Position numbers and translations under genes: made by a program. The notes beneath the pieces are model-generated. The model worked only from the letters and a program-made list of their open reading frames with translations, was not told the DNA's origin and searched no databases. Positions 49,554 to 61,045 of a stretch of 64,000 bases of DNA are shown piece after piece. Location: positions 1,914-65,913 of the forward strand of contig DATGKF010000055.1 of assembly GCA_035294785.1 (NCBI GenBank), in the 5' to 3' direction. Source of the stretch: Caulobacteraceae bacterium (lineage in GTDB: Bacteria > Pseudomonadota > Alphaproteobacteria > Caulobacterales > Caulobacteraceae). Numbering within the stretch: position 1 is the first letter of the stretch; every line of letters starts with the position of its first letter.

Positions 49554-51002
49554 GTGAACAACACCACCCAACCCGCCCCCGACGATCCCGCGACAAGCTT
49601 CGGCGCCGACGACGAATTCGCGCCCCAGACGGCTGACCACTGGCGGCCGGCGCCGGGCGCTGGCGAGGCGGTCGACGACGACGATCCGTTTCTGACTCCG
49701 CAAGAGCCGCTGGCGAGCTTCGACGCCGAACACGACGGCGCCCACGCGTCGCCGCCGGCGGTCAATCCGGTCGGCGACCTGATCGCCGGGGCCGAAGCGG
49801 TGCTTGGCGAGGCGAGCGTGCCGCGGATCGGCATCCACATCTTCTGGGAGCGGGCCGAAACCGCCGAGATGGCCGAAAGGGCGGCCGCCGATCGGCGCAT
49901 GGGCCGGGCCTCGACCGAGGTGCGCGAAGGTGGTCTCGCCGCCGCCGTCGCCCAGTATCAGAACCAGCCGACGCCGCCGCTGATCATCGTCGAGAGCCAG
50001 GCGCCGGCGCAGGTGATGCTCGAACAGCTCGATCAGCTGGCGCAGGTCTGCGACGCCGGCGCCAAGGTGGTCGTGATCGGCTCGCACAACGACATCGCCC
50101 TCTACCGCGAGCTGATGCGCCGCGGGGTGAGCGAGTACCTGGTGCCGCCGCTGCAGCCGCTGCAGCTGATCGGCGCGATCACCACCCTGTATGCCGATCC
50201 GGCCGCGCCGTTCGTCGGTCGCCAGATCGCCTTCGTCGGCGCCCGCGGCGGGGTGGGATCGTCGACCGTCGCGCACAACCTCGCCTATCTCTTGTCCGAG
50301 ACGATGCGCACCAACACGGTGATCGTCGATCTCGACCTGCCGTTCGGCACAGCCGGCCTCGACTTCAACCAGGACCCGCTGCAGGGCGTGGCCGACGCGC
50401 TCAGCCAGCCGGACCGGCTGGACCCGGTGCTGCTGGATCGCATGATGGCCCGCTGCGGCGATCGCCTGAGCCTCTTCGCCGCTCCGGCGACCCTGGACGC
50501 CGACTACGACATCAGCGCCGACGCCTTCGAGGAGGTGACCAGCAAGATCCGCGCGACGGCGCCCTACGTCGTTCTCGATCTGCCGCACCTCTGGTCGGGA
50601 TGGATGCGCCGCACGCTGCTCGGCGCCGACGACGTCGTGGTCACCGCCTCGCCCGACCTCGCGTCGCTGCGCAACGCCAAGAACATCGTCGACCTGGTCC
50701 GCGCCGCGCGCCCGAACGACACGCCGCCGCTCTTGGTGCTGAACATGGTCGGCTCGCCCGGCCGGCCTGAGATCCCGACCAAGGACTTCGGCGAGGCTCT
50801 CGGGCTCGAAACCTCGATCGTGATCCCCTTCGACGCCAAGCTGTTCGGTCAGGCGGCCAACAACGGCCAGATGATCGAGGAGATCGGGCCGAAGTCGAAG
50901 GCCGCCGAGGCCTTTCAGCGGCTCTCATTGGCGATCACCCGCCGGGACCCGCCGCCGGCCCCGAAGAAATCCGGTCTCTCCAGCCTGTTCAAGCGCAAGT
51001 AG
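49554..51002 (+). CDS. cpaE: Pilus localisation ATPase CpaE/TadZ
   Basis: Acidic N-terminal extension; NDIALYRELM; GARGGVGSST deviant Walker A; DLDLPFGT. Confidence 0.93.
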   Translation: MNNTTQPAPDDPATSFGADDEFAPQTADHWRPAPGAGEAVDDDDPFLTPQEPLASFDAEHDGAHASPPAVNPVGDLIAGAEAVLGEASVPRIGIHIFWERAETAEMAERAAADRRMGRASTEVREGGLAAAVAQYQNQPTPPLIIVESQAPAQVMLEQLDQLAQVCDAGAKVVVIGSHNDIALYRELMRRGVSEYLVPPLQPLQLIGAITTLYADPAAPFVGRQIAFVGARGGVGSSTVAHNLAYLLSETMRTNTVIVDLDLPFGTAGLDFNQDPLQGVADALSQPDRLDPVLLDRMMARCGDRLSLFAAPATLDADYDISADAFEEVTSKIRATAPYVVLDLPHLWSGWMRRTLLGADDVVVTASPDLASLRNAKNIVDLVRAARPNDTPPLLVLNMVGSPGRPEIPTKDFGEALGLETSIVIPFDAKLFGQAANNGQMIEEIGPKSKAAEAFQRLSLAITRRDPPPAPKKSGLSSLFKRK

Positions 51003-51008
51003 GCCCAA

Positions 51009-52583
51009 GTGTTCGGGAAACGCCCAGCCGACGGCGATCCGCCAAAGCCGCAGGCGCCGCCGCCTCCCGAAGCCGGCGCGCCGATCGCCACGCGGCCGCA
51101 GAAGGTCGAGCCGGCGTTGTCGAAACAGGCGCTCGCCCCGCCCAAGGCGCCCGCGGCCCAGCCGCCGCGCCAGCAAGGCGCGGCCGACCGTATCGCCGGC
51201 GCACACGCCCAGCAGGCCAGCGCCGCGGCCGGCGGCCCCAAGCTGACTTCGGCCTTCGAGCAGCTGCGCGCGGCGCAGGGTGCGCCGACGGCCGATATCG
51301 TCCGTGAACAGAGCGACTACTACCACGCCACGAAGACCACGATCTTCAACGCGCTGATCAACACCATCGATCTCGCACAGCTGGCGCAGCTCGACCTGAA
51401 GACGGCCGGCGAAGAGATCCGCGACATCGTCGCCGAGCTGGTGGCGATCAAGAACGTCTCGATGTCTGTAGCCGAGCAGGAACACCTGGTTCAGGACATC
51501 ATCAACGATGTCCTTGGCTACGGCCCGCTCGAGCCGCTTCTGGCCCGCGACGACATCGCCGACATCATGGTCAATGGCGCCGGCCGGGTGTTCATCGAAG
51601 TGGGCGGCAAGGTCCAGCTGACCAACGTCCGCTTCCGCGACAACGCCCAGCTGATGAACATCTGCCAACGGATCGTCAGCCAGGTCGGCCGCCGGGTCGA
51701 CGAGGCCTCGCCGATCTGCGACGCGCGCCTCCCCGACGGCAGCCGTGTCAACGTCATCGCGCCGCCCTTGGCTCTGGATGGGCCGACTCTCACCATCCGG
51801 AAGTTCAAGAAAGACAAGCTGACGATGCGCAATCTGGTCGAGTTCGCCTCGGTCAGTCCGGAAGGCGCGCGCGTCCTGGGCGTCATCGGCGCGTCGCGCT
51901 GCAACGTCCTCATCTCCGGCGGCACCGGCTCGGGCAAGACGACGCTGCTCAACACGCTTACCGCCTTCATCGATCCGACCGAGCGGGTGATCACCTGCGA
52001 GGACGCGGCCGAGCTGCAACTGCAACAGCCGCACGTTGTGCGCCTTGAAACGCGTCCGCCGAATCTGGAGGGCAGCGGCCAGGTGACCATGCGCGATCTG
52101 GTCAAGAACTGCCTCAGAATGCGCCCGGAACGGATCATCGTCGGCGAAGTGCGCGGCCCTGAGGCGTTCGACCTGCTGCAGGCGATGAACACCGGCCACG
52201 ACGGGTCGATGGGGACGCTGCACGCCAACAGCCCGCGCGAGGCGATCAGCCGGATCGAGTCGATGATCACCATGGGCGGCTACGGCCTTCCGTCGAAGAC
52301 CATCCGTGAGATGATCGTCGGGTCCGTCGACGTGATCATCCAGGCCGCGCGCCTGCGCGACGGCTCGCGCCGCATCACCCACGTGACCGAAGTGGTGGGC
52401 CTCGAGGGCGAGGTGATCATCACCCAGGACCTCTTCGTCTACGAGATCACCGGCGAGGACGAGAACGGCGGCGTGGTCGGCAAGCACCGCTCGACCGGCA
52501 TCGCCCGCCCGCGCTTCTGGGACCGGGCGCGCTACTACGGGCTCGAGCGCGAACTTGCCGAAGCGTTGGACGCGGCGGAGTAG
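51009..52583 (+). CDS. cpaF: Tad pilus ATPase CpaF/TadA
   Basis: GGTGSGKTT; EDAAEL; LRMRPERIIVGEVRG; NTGHDGSMGTLHAN. Confidence 0.96.
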   Translation: MFGKRPADGDPPKPQAPPPPEAGAPIATRPQKVEPALSKQALAPPKAPAAQPPRQQGAADRIAGAHAQQASAAAGGPKLTSAFEQLRAAQGAPTADIVREQSDYYHATKTTIFNALINTIDLAQLAQLDLKTAGEEIRDIVAELVAIKNVSMSVAEQEHLVQDIINDVLGYGPLEPLLARDDIADIMVNGAGRVFIEVGGKVQLTNVRFRDNAQLMNICQRIVSQVGRRVDEASPICDARLPDGSRVNVIAPPLALDGPTLTIRKFKKDKLTMRNLVEFASVSPEGARVLGVIGASRCNVLISGGTGSGKTTLLNTLTAFIDPTERVITCEDAAELQLQQPHVVRLETRPPNLEGSGQVTMRDLVKNCLRMRPERIIVGEVRGPEAFDLLQAMNTGHDGSMGTLHANSPREAISRIESMITMGGYGLPSKTIREMIVGSVDVIIQAARLRDGSRRITHVTEVVGLEGEVIITQDLFVYEITGEDENGGVVGKHRSTGIARPRFWDRARYYGLERELAEALDAAE

Positions 52584-52586
52584 GCC

Positions 52587-53573
52587 TTGAACCCGCTGCT
52601 CATTCTGGTCGCGGTGCTGGGCTTCGTGACCCTTGGCGGCGTGGGCTTCGCCCTGGCCGGCGCGGGCGGCGGCGACGCACGGGTGGCCAAACGCGCCAGG
52701 GCGATGGGCACGGTCGGTCGGCCGGAGAAGGCCCAACGCGGCGCGCGCGCGGCGCAGCAGGACGCCGGCCAGCGGCGCAAGGCGTTGCTGCAGACGCTGA
52801 AGGAGCAGGAGCGCCTGCAACGGCGCGCGTCCGTTTCGCTCAGCGCGCGCTTGCAACAGGCCGGGCTCAGCATTTCGGTCACCCAGTTCTGGATCGGCAG
52901 CGGGATCGCCGGCGCGGCCGTGCTGATCGTCCTGTTCGTACTTCGCGTGCCCCCGTGGGCGGCGCTGCTGCTCGCCCTCGTCGCCGCGCTCGGTCTGCCG
53001 CGCTGGGCGATCACCTTCCTCGCCAATCGCCGCAAAAAGAGCTTCACCGAGTCCTTCTCCGACGCCATCGACATCATCGTCCGCGGCATCAAATCGGGCC
53101 TTCCGGTGCACGACTGCCTGCGCGTCATCGCGCGCGAGAGCTCCGCCCCGCTCGGGCCGGAGTTCCACCGGCTGGTCGAGAATATCTCCATGGGCATGAC
53201 CGTCGATCAGGGCCTGGAGAAGATGTACGAGCGCATGCCGACGCCCGAGCTGCGCTTCTTCACCATCGTGCTCGCCATTCAGGCCAAGACGGGCGGGAAC
53301 CTGGCCGAGGCGCTGGGCAACCTCTCGGCCGTGCTCCGCGCCCGCAAGCTGATGCGCGAAAAGATCAAGGCGCTGTCGTCTGAAGCGACCACGTCGGCCT
53401 TCATCATCGGTTCGCTGCCGATCGCGGTCATGCTGCTCGTGATCGCCACGACGCCGTCCTACATGATGATCATGATCCACGACCCGCGCGGCCAGATGAT
53501 GCTGCTCGCCGGCGCCATCGTCGAATGCATCGGCGTCTTCGTCATGCGCCGCATGATCAACTTCAAATACTAG
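52587..53573 (+). CDS. tadB: Tad inner-membrane platform TadB/CpaG
   Basis: DAIDIIVRGIKSG; QAKTGGNLAEAL. Confidence 0.92.
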   Translation: MNPLLILVAVLGFVTLGGVGFALAGAGGGDARVAKRARAMGTVGRPEKAQRGARAAQQDAGQRRKALLQTLKEQERLQRRASVSLSARLQQAGLSISVTQFWIGSGIAGAAVLIVLFVLRVPPWAALLLALVAALGLPRWAITFLANRRKKSFTESFSDAIDIIVRGIKSGLPVHDCLRVIARESSAPLGPEFHRLVENISMGMTVDQGLEKMYERMPTPELRFFTIVLAIQAKTGGNLAEALGNLSAVLRARKLMREKIKALSSEATTSAFIIGSLPIAVMLLVIATTPSYMMIMIHDPRGQMMLLAGAIVECIGVFVMRRMINFKY

Positions 53574-53586
53574 CGGGGCGGAGACC

Positions 53587-54579
53587 ATGGATTTCGCCAC
53601 CATCGCCGGCTTCGTCACCGACCCGCAGCACTTGCTGATGGGCTTTACGGCCCTGGTCACGTTCGCGACCATCGTCACGCTGTCCTCGCCGCTGCTCAAT
53701 CGCTCGACGCTCGAGAGCCGGCTGAACTCGGTCGCCAACCGGCGCGAGGAGCTGCGCCGCCGCAGCCGCGAGGCGCTGGCGCAGAAGAACCAATCCGGCA
53801 CGCTGCGTCAGACCGACGAGGGCATGTTCAAGACCATCGTCGACCGGCTGCAGCTGTCGCGCCTGCTCGAAGATCCCCAGGTGGCCGACAAGCTGGCGCA
53901 GGCCGGCTTCCGCGGTCCGCGGCCGATCACGACCTTCTATTTCTTCCGCCTGGTGACGCCGTTCGTGTTCGCCGTGGCGCTGGCGGCCTACCTCTACACG
54001 CTCAATCCCTTCCACCTTCCGGGTCTGACCAAATTCTGCATCTGCATCGGCGGTCTGACGGCCGGCTACTACGCGCCCAACGTCTACATCCAGAACGTCG
54101 CCGCAAAGCGGCGCACCTCGATCATGCAAGGCTTCCCGGACGCCCTCGACCTGCTCTTGATCTGTGTCGAGTCCGGCATGTCGATCGAGGCGGCGCTGCA
54201 GAAGGTCAGCCAGGAGCTTGGCCCCTCGTCGATCGAGCTGGCCGAAGAGCTTTCGCTGCTCGTCGCGGAACTCTCCTACCTGCCCGAGCGGCGCGTCGCC
54301 TACGAGGGGCTGTCCAAGCGGACGAACCATCCGGGCATCAAGTCGGTCGCCACCGCCATGATCCAGGCGGAGCGCTACGGCACCCCGCTCGGCACCGCCC
54401 TTCGCGTGATGGCGAAGGAAAACCGCGACCTTCGCCTGGCCGCCGCCGAGAAGAAGGCTGCGGCGCTGCCGGCCAAGCTGACCGTGCCGATGATCGTCTT
54501 CTTCCTGCCGGTCCTCTTCATCGTCGTCCTCGGCCCCTCGATCATCCGCGTCCAGGACGTCATGGCCCACAAGGGCTAG
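53587..54579 (+). CDS. tadC: Tad inner-membrane platform TadC/CpaH
   Basis: FPDALDLLLICVESG; QAERYGT; AEKKAAALPAKLTVPM. Confidence 0.93.
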   Translation: MDFATIAGFVTDPQHLLMGFTALVTFATIVTLSSPLLNRSTLESRLNSVANRREELRRRSREALAQKNQSGTLRQTDEGMFKTIVDRLQLSRLLEDPQVADKLAQAGFRGPRPITTFYFFRLVTPFVFAVALAAYLYTLNPFHLPGLTKFCICIGGLTAGYYAPNVYIQNVAAKRRTSIMQGFPDALDLLLICVESGMSIEAALQKVSQELGPSSIELAEELSLLVAELSYLPERRVAYEGLSKRTNHPGIKSVATAMIQAERYGTPLGTALRVMAKENRDLRLAAAEKKAAALPAKLTVPMIVFFLPVLFIVVLGPSIIRVQDVMAHKG

Positions 54580-54611
54580 CGGCCGCGCTGACCCTCGGCT
54601 GAGCAGCCGCC

Positions 54612-55463
54612 TCAGCTGCCGCCGTTCTTGACGGATGCCCAGGTCCGCGTCGGCGTGGCGTCGGCGGTGGGGGCGGCGCCGCGGCCGGAGGAGGCGGCCT
54701 GCAGGTAGGCGAGGTCGGCGTCGGCCTCGGCCGGCGGCAGGTCGCGGCGCAGGATCTCCTCGGCTTCGCCGAGCTTGCCTTCAAGGCCCAGCACCAGCGA
54801 CAGGTCCTGGCGCACGGTCAGGCTTGCGCCCGGCTGGGCGGCGGCTCGCCTGAGCAGCGGCTCGGCCCCGGCCACGTCGCCGGTCGCCGCCATCTCCATG
54901 GCCATGTTCGACAGCACCGACGGGTTGTCAGGCGACAGCGCCAGCGCCTGGCGCCAGACGGCCTGGGCGTCGGCGTCACGCTTGACCTGGGCGTAGGCGA
55001 TGCCGAGTAGCGACAGCGGCCGCCAGTCGCGCGGCGCCTGCGCCTGCGCCTGCTGCAGCGGATCGATGGCGTAAAAGCCGTCGCCCTTGGCGATGTAGGC
55101 GCGCGCCGTCTCCATCAGCGCGTCGGTGTCCCTCGGCGCCAGCACCAGCACGCGTCCGCTCGCCTGGATGGCCGCATCGTACTGGCCGAGCGCGCGGAGC
55201 GCGGTCGCAAGGTGCACGCCGGCCACCGCGTCAGTGGGGTCGATGTCGGCCTCACGGCCCCAGAAGGCGGCGCGGGCCAGGGGATCGAGCCGGTCGGCGG
55301 CGGCGCGCTCCTCGGGGCTGGCCTTGCGCGGCGGCGTCGGCGCGGCGGCGGCGACCGGGCTCGCCTTGCCGATCGGCGGCGCGCTCGGCGGCGCGGCGGC
55401 GCGGCCGGCGGCTGGGGCGAGGAGGGCGCCGGCGGCGACGGCGGCGAGGAGGGCGCGGGACAT
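54612..55463 (-). CDS. tadD: TPR protein TadD/CpaO-like
   Basis: Signal peptide; TPR repeats (ALALSPDNPSVLSN; VRQDLSLVLGLEG); adjacent to the Tad locus. Confidence 0.8.
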   Translation of the reverse strand: MSRALLAAVAAGALLAPAAGRAAAPPSAPPIGKASPVAAAAPTPPRKASPEERAAADRLDPLARAAFWGREADIDPTDAVAGVHLATALRALGQYDAAIQASGRVLVLAPRDTDALMETARAYIAKGDGFYAIDPLQQAQAQAPRDWRPLSLLGIAYAQVKRDADAQAVWRQALALSPDNPSVLSNMAMEMAATGDVAGAEPLLRRAAAQPGASLTVRQDLSLVLGLEGKLGEAEEILRRDLPPAEADADLAYLQAASSGRGAAPTADATPTRTWASVKNGGS

Positions 55464-55545
55464 GGCGGGGTTCGGCTCCGCTGGGACAGAAAGGCGGCCC
55501 GCCGGCGTCCGCGAGCCTCGTTGCGGCCAAGGATCGGCCGCGCGC

Positions 55546-55561
55546 GTCAACGAAGCGTTAA
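55546..55561 (-). promoter_or_regulatory. CtrA-like box upstream of tadD
   Basis: Minus strand TTAA-cgcttcg-TTGAC. Confidence 0.55.
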
Positions 55562-55597
55562 GCTTGACGAAATCTTACCTCGGGCTATGGCCCGCCC

Positions 55598-56980
<1,383 letters not shown>

Positions 56981-57039
56981 GCGAGCCCAATTCGCGGCTG
57001 CGCCGCTCCAGCAAAGGATGACGTTGGAAGGCCCGCCGC

Positions 57040-59295
57040 TCAGAGCGCCGGCAGGAACGGCAACACCTTGTCCGGCGTGATCGGGTAGTCGCGCACGCGG
57101 GCGCCGCAGGCGTTGTAGACGGCATTGGCGACCGCCGCGCCGGCCCCGCAGATGCCCACCTCGCCGACGCCCTTGATGCCGAGAGGGTTCGCCTTGTCGT
57201 CCACTTCCGGCAGGAAATAGGCGTCGAGATTGACGATGTCGGCGTGCACGGGCGCGAGGTACGAGCCGAGGTCCTGGTTGATCAGGCTGCCGTAGCGCGG
57301 GTCGACGGCGTTCTGCTCGGTCAGCACCGAGCCCACGCCCCAGATCATGCCGCCCGTGATCTGGCTGCGCGCGGTCTTGGCGTTCAGGATCCGCCCGCAG
57401 GCGAAGGCGCCCAGCATGCGGCGCAGCCGCACCTCGCCGGTCACGGCGTTCACGCCCACCTCGGCGAAGTGAGCGCCATAGGCGTGCTGCGAGAAGGCGC
57501 GCGACTCCATGATCGGCATGGACTCGCCGACCACGTCGACCCCGGACGGCGCCCGCCGCGAGACCAGCGCGCCCAGCGTCTCCGACTTGTTCGAGGCGGT
57601 GATCAGCCCGTCGCGGAAGTCGATCTCGTCCACCGCCGCCCCGAAGAGCGGCGAGGCGGGGTCGGCCGCGGCCATGGCCGCCAGCGTCTTGCGCATCTCC
57701 ATGCCGCCTTCGTAGACGGCCGAGCCGGCGCTGGCGGCGCCGAACTGGCCGCCGGAGCCCGGCGTCGGCGCAAAGCCGGAGTCGCCGATCTCGACCACCA
57801 CCTGCTCGAGCGGCACCCCCATCGTCTCGGCGGTGATCTGGGCGATGATCGTGTAGGAGCCGGTGCCGATGTCGGTCATGCCCTGGCGCACGATGACCTT
57901 GCCGTCGGCCTCGACGCGGATGCCGGCCTTGGCGGGCAGGAGGAAGTTGCCGCGGATGGCGGCGGCCATGCCCATCCCGACGAACCACTCGCCCTCGCGC
58001 GTTGCGGCCGGCTTGGGATTGCGCTTGCCCCAACCGAAACGCTTGGCGCCGTCGGTCATGCAGTCGACCAGCTGGCGGCAGGAGTGCGGCGCGCCCGTCT
58101 CCGGGTGGACGTCGGCTTCGTTGCGGATGCGCAGCTCGATGGGGTCGAGGCCGAGCCGGTTGGCGAGCTCGTCCATGGCGCATTCCAGGCTGAGCATGCC
58201 GGACGCCTCGCCCGGCGCGCGCATGGCCGAGGCCACGGCGATGTCGAGCTTGTGCAGGGTGTGGCCGGTCAGCCGGTTGGGCGCGGCGTAAAGGGCGCGG
58301 GAGAAGTTGGCCGCACGCTCGACGAACGGCGCCTCGCGCGCGCAGTGGGTCGCCGCTTCCAGTGCGAACGCGGTCAGCCGCCCGTCCGCCGTCGCGCCCA
58401 GACGCACGCGCTGCACCGTGGCCGGCCGGTGGACGGTGGCGTTGAACATCTGGGTGCGGGTGAGCGCGATCTTCACCGGCTGGTCGATCTCGCGCGATGA
58501 CATCGCCGCCAGTTCCAGGTCCTCGTAAGTCGATCCCTTGCCGCCGAATCCGCCGCCGATGTAGCGCGAGAGCAGGTGCACGTGGTCGCGCGGGATCTGC
58601 AGCGTTTCCGACAGGAGATGCTGGGGCGGCTTGATCATTTGCACCGAGGTGTGGACCGTCACCGTTCCGTCCTCCCACCAGGCGGTGGTGGCGCAGGGCT
58701 CCATCTGGCAGTGGTTCTCGATCGGCGTCGACCACGTCTCGTCGAGTTTGACCGGGGCGTCGGCGAAAGCGCGCTCGAAGTCGCCGATGGCCGAGGTCCC
58801 GTCGACCGGTTCGGCCTGGGCCGGGTCGAAAGCGAAGGCGGCCGGCGTCTCTTCGTAGGTGATCTTGATCAGCGAGGCGGCCGCGTCGGCATGCTCGAGC
58901 GTGTCGGCGCAGACGAAGGCGACCGGCTGGCCGAAGAACCGCACGTTCGGCTCGGCAAACACCGGCTTGGCGCCCGCCTGGCTGCCGACGTAGCTGCGCG
59001 CGCCACGCTCCGGCTGGTTCTCCGGCCGGCGCAGCGCGTGCCAGACGAGCTTGACGCCGGGCGCGGCCAAGGCGGCCGCGTCGTCGACAGCGGTCACCAC
59101 GCCGCAGCCGATCTCGGCCCCGACCACCACGCCGTAGGCGGGCGGCGATGGCGTCTCGACCTCGTAGGCGTAGGGCGCCGTGCCGGTGACTTTGAGCGGG
59201 CCTTCGTAGCGGTCGACCGCCCGGCCGATGATGCCTTGGCGGTTCTGGCTGATCGGGTTCGGAGCGGCGTAGTCGTCCAGCGAAAGAGAAGGCAT
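57040..59295 (-). CDS. paoC: Xanthine/aldehyde dehydrogenase Mo-binding subunit (PaoC/YagR-like)
   Basis: GGGFGGK; MRAPGEA; DIGTG; GSGG; KGVGEVG; ANAVYNA. Confidence 0.88.
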   Translation of the reverse strand: MPSLSLDDYAAPNPISQNRQGIIGRAVDRYEGPLKVTGTAPYAYEVETPSPPAYGVVVGAEIGCGVVTAVDDAAALAAPGVKLVWHALRRPENQPERGARSYVGSQAGAKPVFAEPNVRFFGQPVAFVCADTLEHADAAASLIKITYEETPAAFAFDPAQAEPVDGTSAIGDFERAFADAPVKLDETWSTPIENHCQMEPCATTAWWEDGTVTVHTSVQMIKPPQHLLSETLQIPRDHVHLLSRYIGGGFGGKGSTYEDLELAAMSSREIDQPVKIALTRTQMFNATVHRPATVQRVRLGATADGRLTAFALEAATHCAREAPFVERAANFSRALYAAPNRLTGHTLHKLDIAVASAMRAPGEASGMLSLECAMDELANRLGLDPIELRIRNEADVHPETGAPHSCRQLVDCMTDGAKRFGWGKRNPKPAATREGEWFVGMGMAAAIRGNFLLPAKAGIRVEADGKVIVRQGMTDIGTGSYTIIAQITAETMGVPLEQVVVEIGDSGFAPTPGSGGQFGAASAGSAVYEGGMEMRKTLAAMAAADPASPLFGAAVDEIDFRDGLITASNKSETLGALVSRRAPSGVDVVGESMPIMESRAFSQHAYGAHFAEVGVNAVTGEVRLRRMLGAFACGRILNAKTARSQITGGMIWGVGSVLTEQNAVDPRYGSLINQDLGSYLAPVHADIVNLDAYFLPEVDDKANPLGIKGVGEVGICGAGAAVANAVYNACGARVRDYPITPDKVLPFLPAL

Positions 59296-60233
59296 CAGGC
59301 TTTTCCGTCCTGCAGCGCCGCCGTCATCAGGCGTTGGGTCAGCGCGATCTTGAAGGTGTTGTGGCCGGCGCTGGCCGCGCCGGCGAGTTCGGCGTCGGCG
59401 GCGGCGGCCGGCGCGGCGCCGGCCGCGAGCGCCGCTTCGGCCTTCGTCGCCCGCCAGGGCTTCAGCGCCACGCAGCCCAGCGCGATGCGGTCGCCGGCGA
59501 CGGCGACGGCGACCAGACCTGCGGCGTAGGAGGCGCGGTCGCGCACCTTGCGATAGGCCTGCCGGCCCTTCGGCGGCGGCGGGACGGCGACTCCCGTGAC
59601 GAGTTCGCCCGGCTCGAGCGTCGTCTCGAGGTGCGGCGCGTCGCCGGGCAGCCGGTGCAGGTCGTCGATGGGGATCGCCCGCGTCGTCCCGTCCGGCCGC
59701 ACGGTCTCGACGCTCGCATCCAGCACGCTCAGCGCCACGGCGAGATCGGAGGGGTGGGTGGCGATGCAGGCCTCGCTCGCGCCGAGGATGGCGGCGAAGC
59801 GGTTCAGGCCGCCGATCGCCGCGCAGCCGGCGCCGGGCTGGCGTTTGTTGCAGGGCTTGGCGGCGTCGTAAAAGTAGGGACAGCGCGTGCGCTGAAGGAG
59901 GTTCCCCGCCGTGGTCGCCTTGTTGCGCAACTGCGGCGAGGCGCCGGAGAGCAGCGCCTCGGCCAGCACGGGATAGTCGCGGCGCACGCGAGCGTCCGCG
60001 GCGACCGCCGAGGCGGTGGCTAGCGCGCCGATGCGCAGGCCGTCGCCGTTTGCCTCGACGCCCGCCATCGGCAGGCGGCCGACGTCGATCACCCGCTCCG
60101 GCCGCTCGATCTCGAGCTTCATCAGGTCGAGCAGGTTGGTGCCGCCGGCAAGGAACCGGGCGGCCGGCGTCTCCGCCGCGGCCTTGGCGGCGCCGGCCGC
60201 GCTTGTCGCGCGCTCATAGCTGAACGGCCTCAT
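59295..60233 (-). CDS. paoB: FAD-binding subunit (PaoB/YagS-like)
   Basis: [13 protein letters not shown]; [11 protein letters not shown]; RTRCPYFYD...CNKR...GC...CIATHPSD 4Fe-4S insert; KVRDRASYA. Confidence 0.88.
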   Translation of the reverse strand: MRPFSYERATSAAGAAKAAAETPAARFLAGGTNLLDLMKLEIERPERVIDVGRLPMAGVEANGDGLRIGALATASAVAADARVRRDYPVLAEALLSGASPQLRNKATTAGNLLQRTRCPYFYDAAKPCNKRQPGAGCAAIGGLNRFAAILGASEACIATHPSDLAVALSVLDASVETVRPDGTTRAIPIDDLHRLPGDAPHLETTLEPGELVTGVAVPPPPKGRQAYRKVRDRASYAAGLVAVAVAGDRIALGCVALKPWRATKAEAALAAGAAPAAAADAELAGAASAGHNTFKIALTQRLMTAALQDGKA

Positions 60234-60766
60234 GCGGCTGCTCCGGCGACGTCGCGGATGGCGTCCAGGATCTGCGGGTAGGCCGAACAGCGGCAGATGT
60301 TGCCGCTCATCCGCTCGCGAATCTCGGCGTCGGTCAGCGAGATCGCCGCGGTCAGGTCCTCGGTCGCCGCGCTGGGCCAGCCTCTTTCCGCTTCGTCCAG
60401 CAGCCCGGTCGCCGAGCAGATTTGGCCGGGCGTGCAATAGCCGCACTGGAAGGCGTCGCGATCGAGGAAAGCCCTTTGCAGCGCGCTCAGCCGATCGGCG
60501 GTCCCGATGCCTTCGATGGTGGTGACCGCGTCGCCGTCGTGCATGACGGCGAGCGAGAGGCAGGCGTTGATGCGCAGCCCGTTCACCAGCACGGTGCAGG
60601 CGCCGCACTGGCCATGGTCGCAGCCCTTCTTCGACCCTTTGAGGCCGAGGGTCTCACGCAGCGCATCGAGCAGGGTGGTGCGGACATCGAGGGTGAGCGC
60701 GCGCGGCTCGCCGTTGACGGTCAAGTTGACGGAGGCGGACGGCGCGTCCGCGGTATCCAAAGCCAT
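60230..60766 (-). CDS. paoA: 2Fe-2S subunit (PaoA/YagT-like), no Tat leader
   Basis: [14 protein letters not shown]; [10 protein letters not shown]; GNICRCSAY. Confidence 0.88.
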   Translation of the reverse strand: MALDTADAPSASVNLTVNGEPRALTLDVRTTLLDALRETLGLKGSKKGCDHGQCGACTVLVNGLRINACLSLAVMHDGDAVTTIEGIGTADRLSALQRAFLDRDAFQCGYCTPGQICSATGLLDEAERGWPSAATEDLTAAISLTDAEIRERMSGNICRCSAYPQILDAIRDVAGAAA

Positions 60767-60934
60767 CGGGATCGGGAATCTCTTGCTGGGCGGCCGCGAA
60801 CTTGGCGGCCCGCCTATCATCAAGCCTCCGCCCTTTCAGGACAAGCGCACGCGGGCGCGGTCGCAAGACAATTCGATTGCCCTCGCGCCCCGTCCGCTGT
60901 TCACTCGCGCCAACCTCAACCCCCGGAGAGATCA

Positions 60935-61045
60935 ATGCACCGCAGCTTCATGACCATCGAGTTGGGAAACCTTCGAAAGGACATGAGGCCTTATGCGAAC
61001 GTTGAACTTGGGGATCCTGGCGCACGTCGACGCCGGAAAGACTAG
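60935..61045 (+). other. Putative leader ORF (36 aa) overlapping the start of the ribosomal protection gene
   Basis: GGAGAG RBS then ATG; MHRSFMTIELGNLRKDMRPYANVELGDPGARRRRKD*, out of frame with and overlapping the main start at 60993. Confidence 0.35.
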
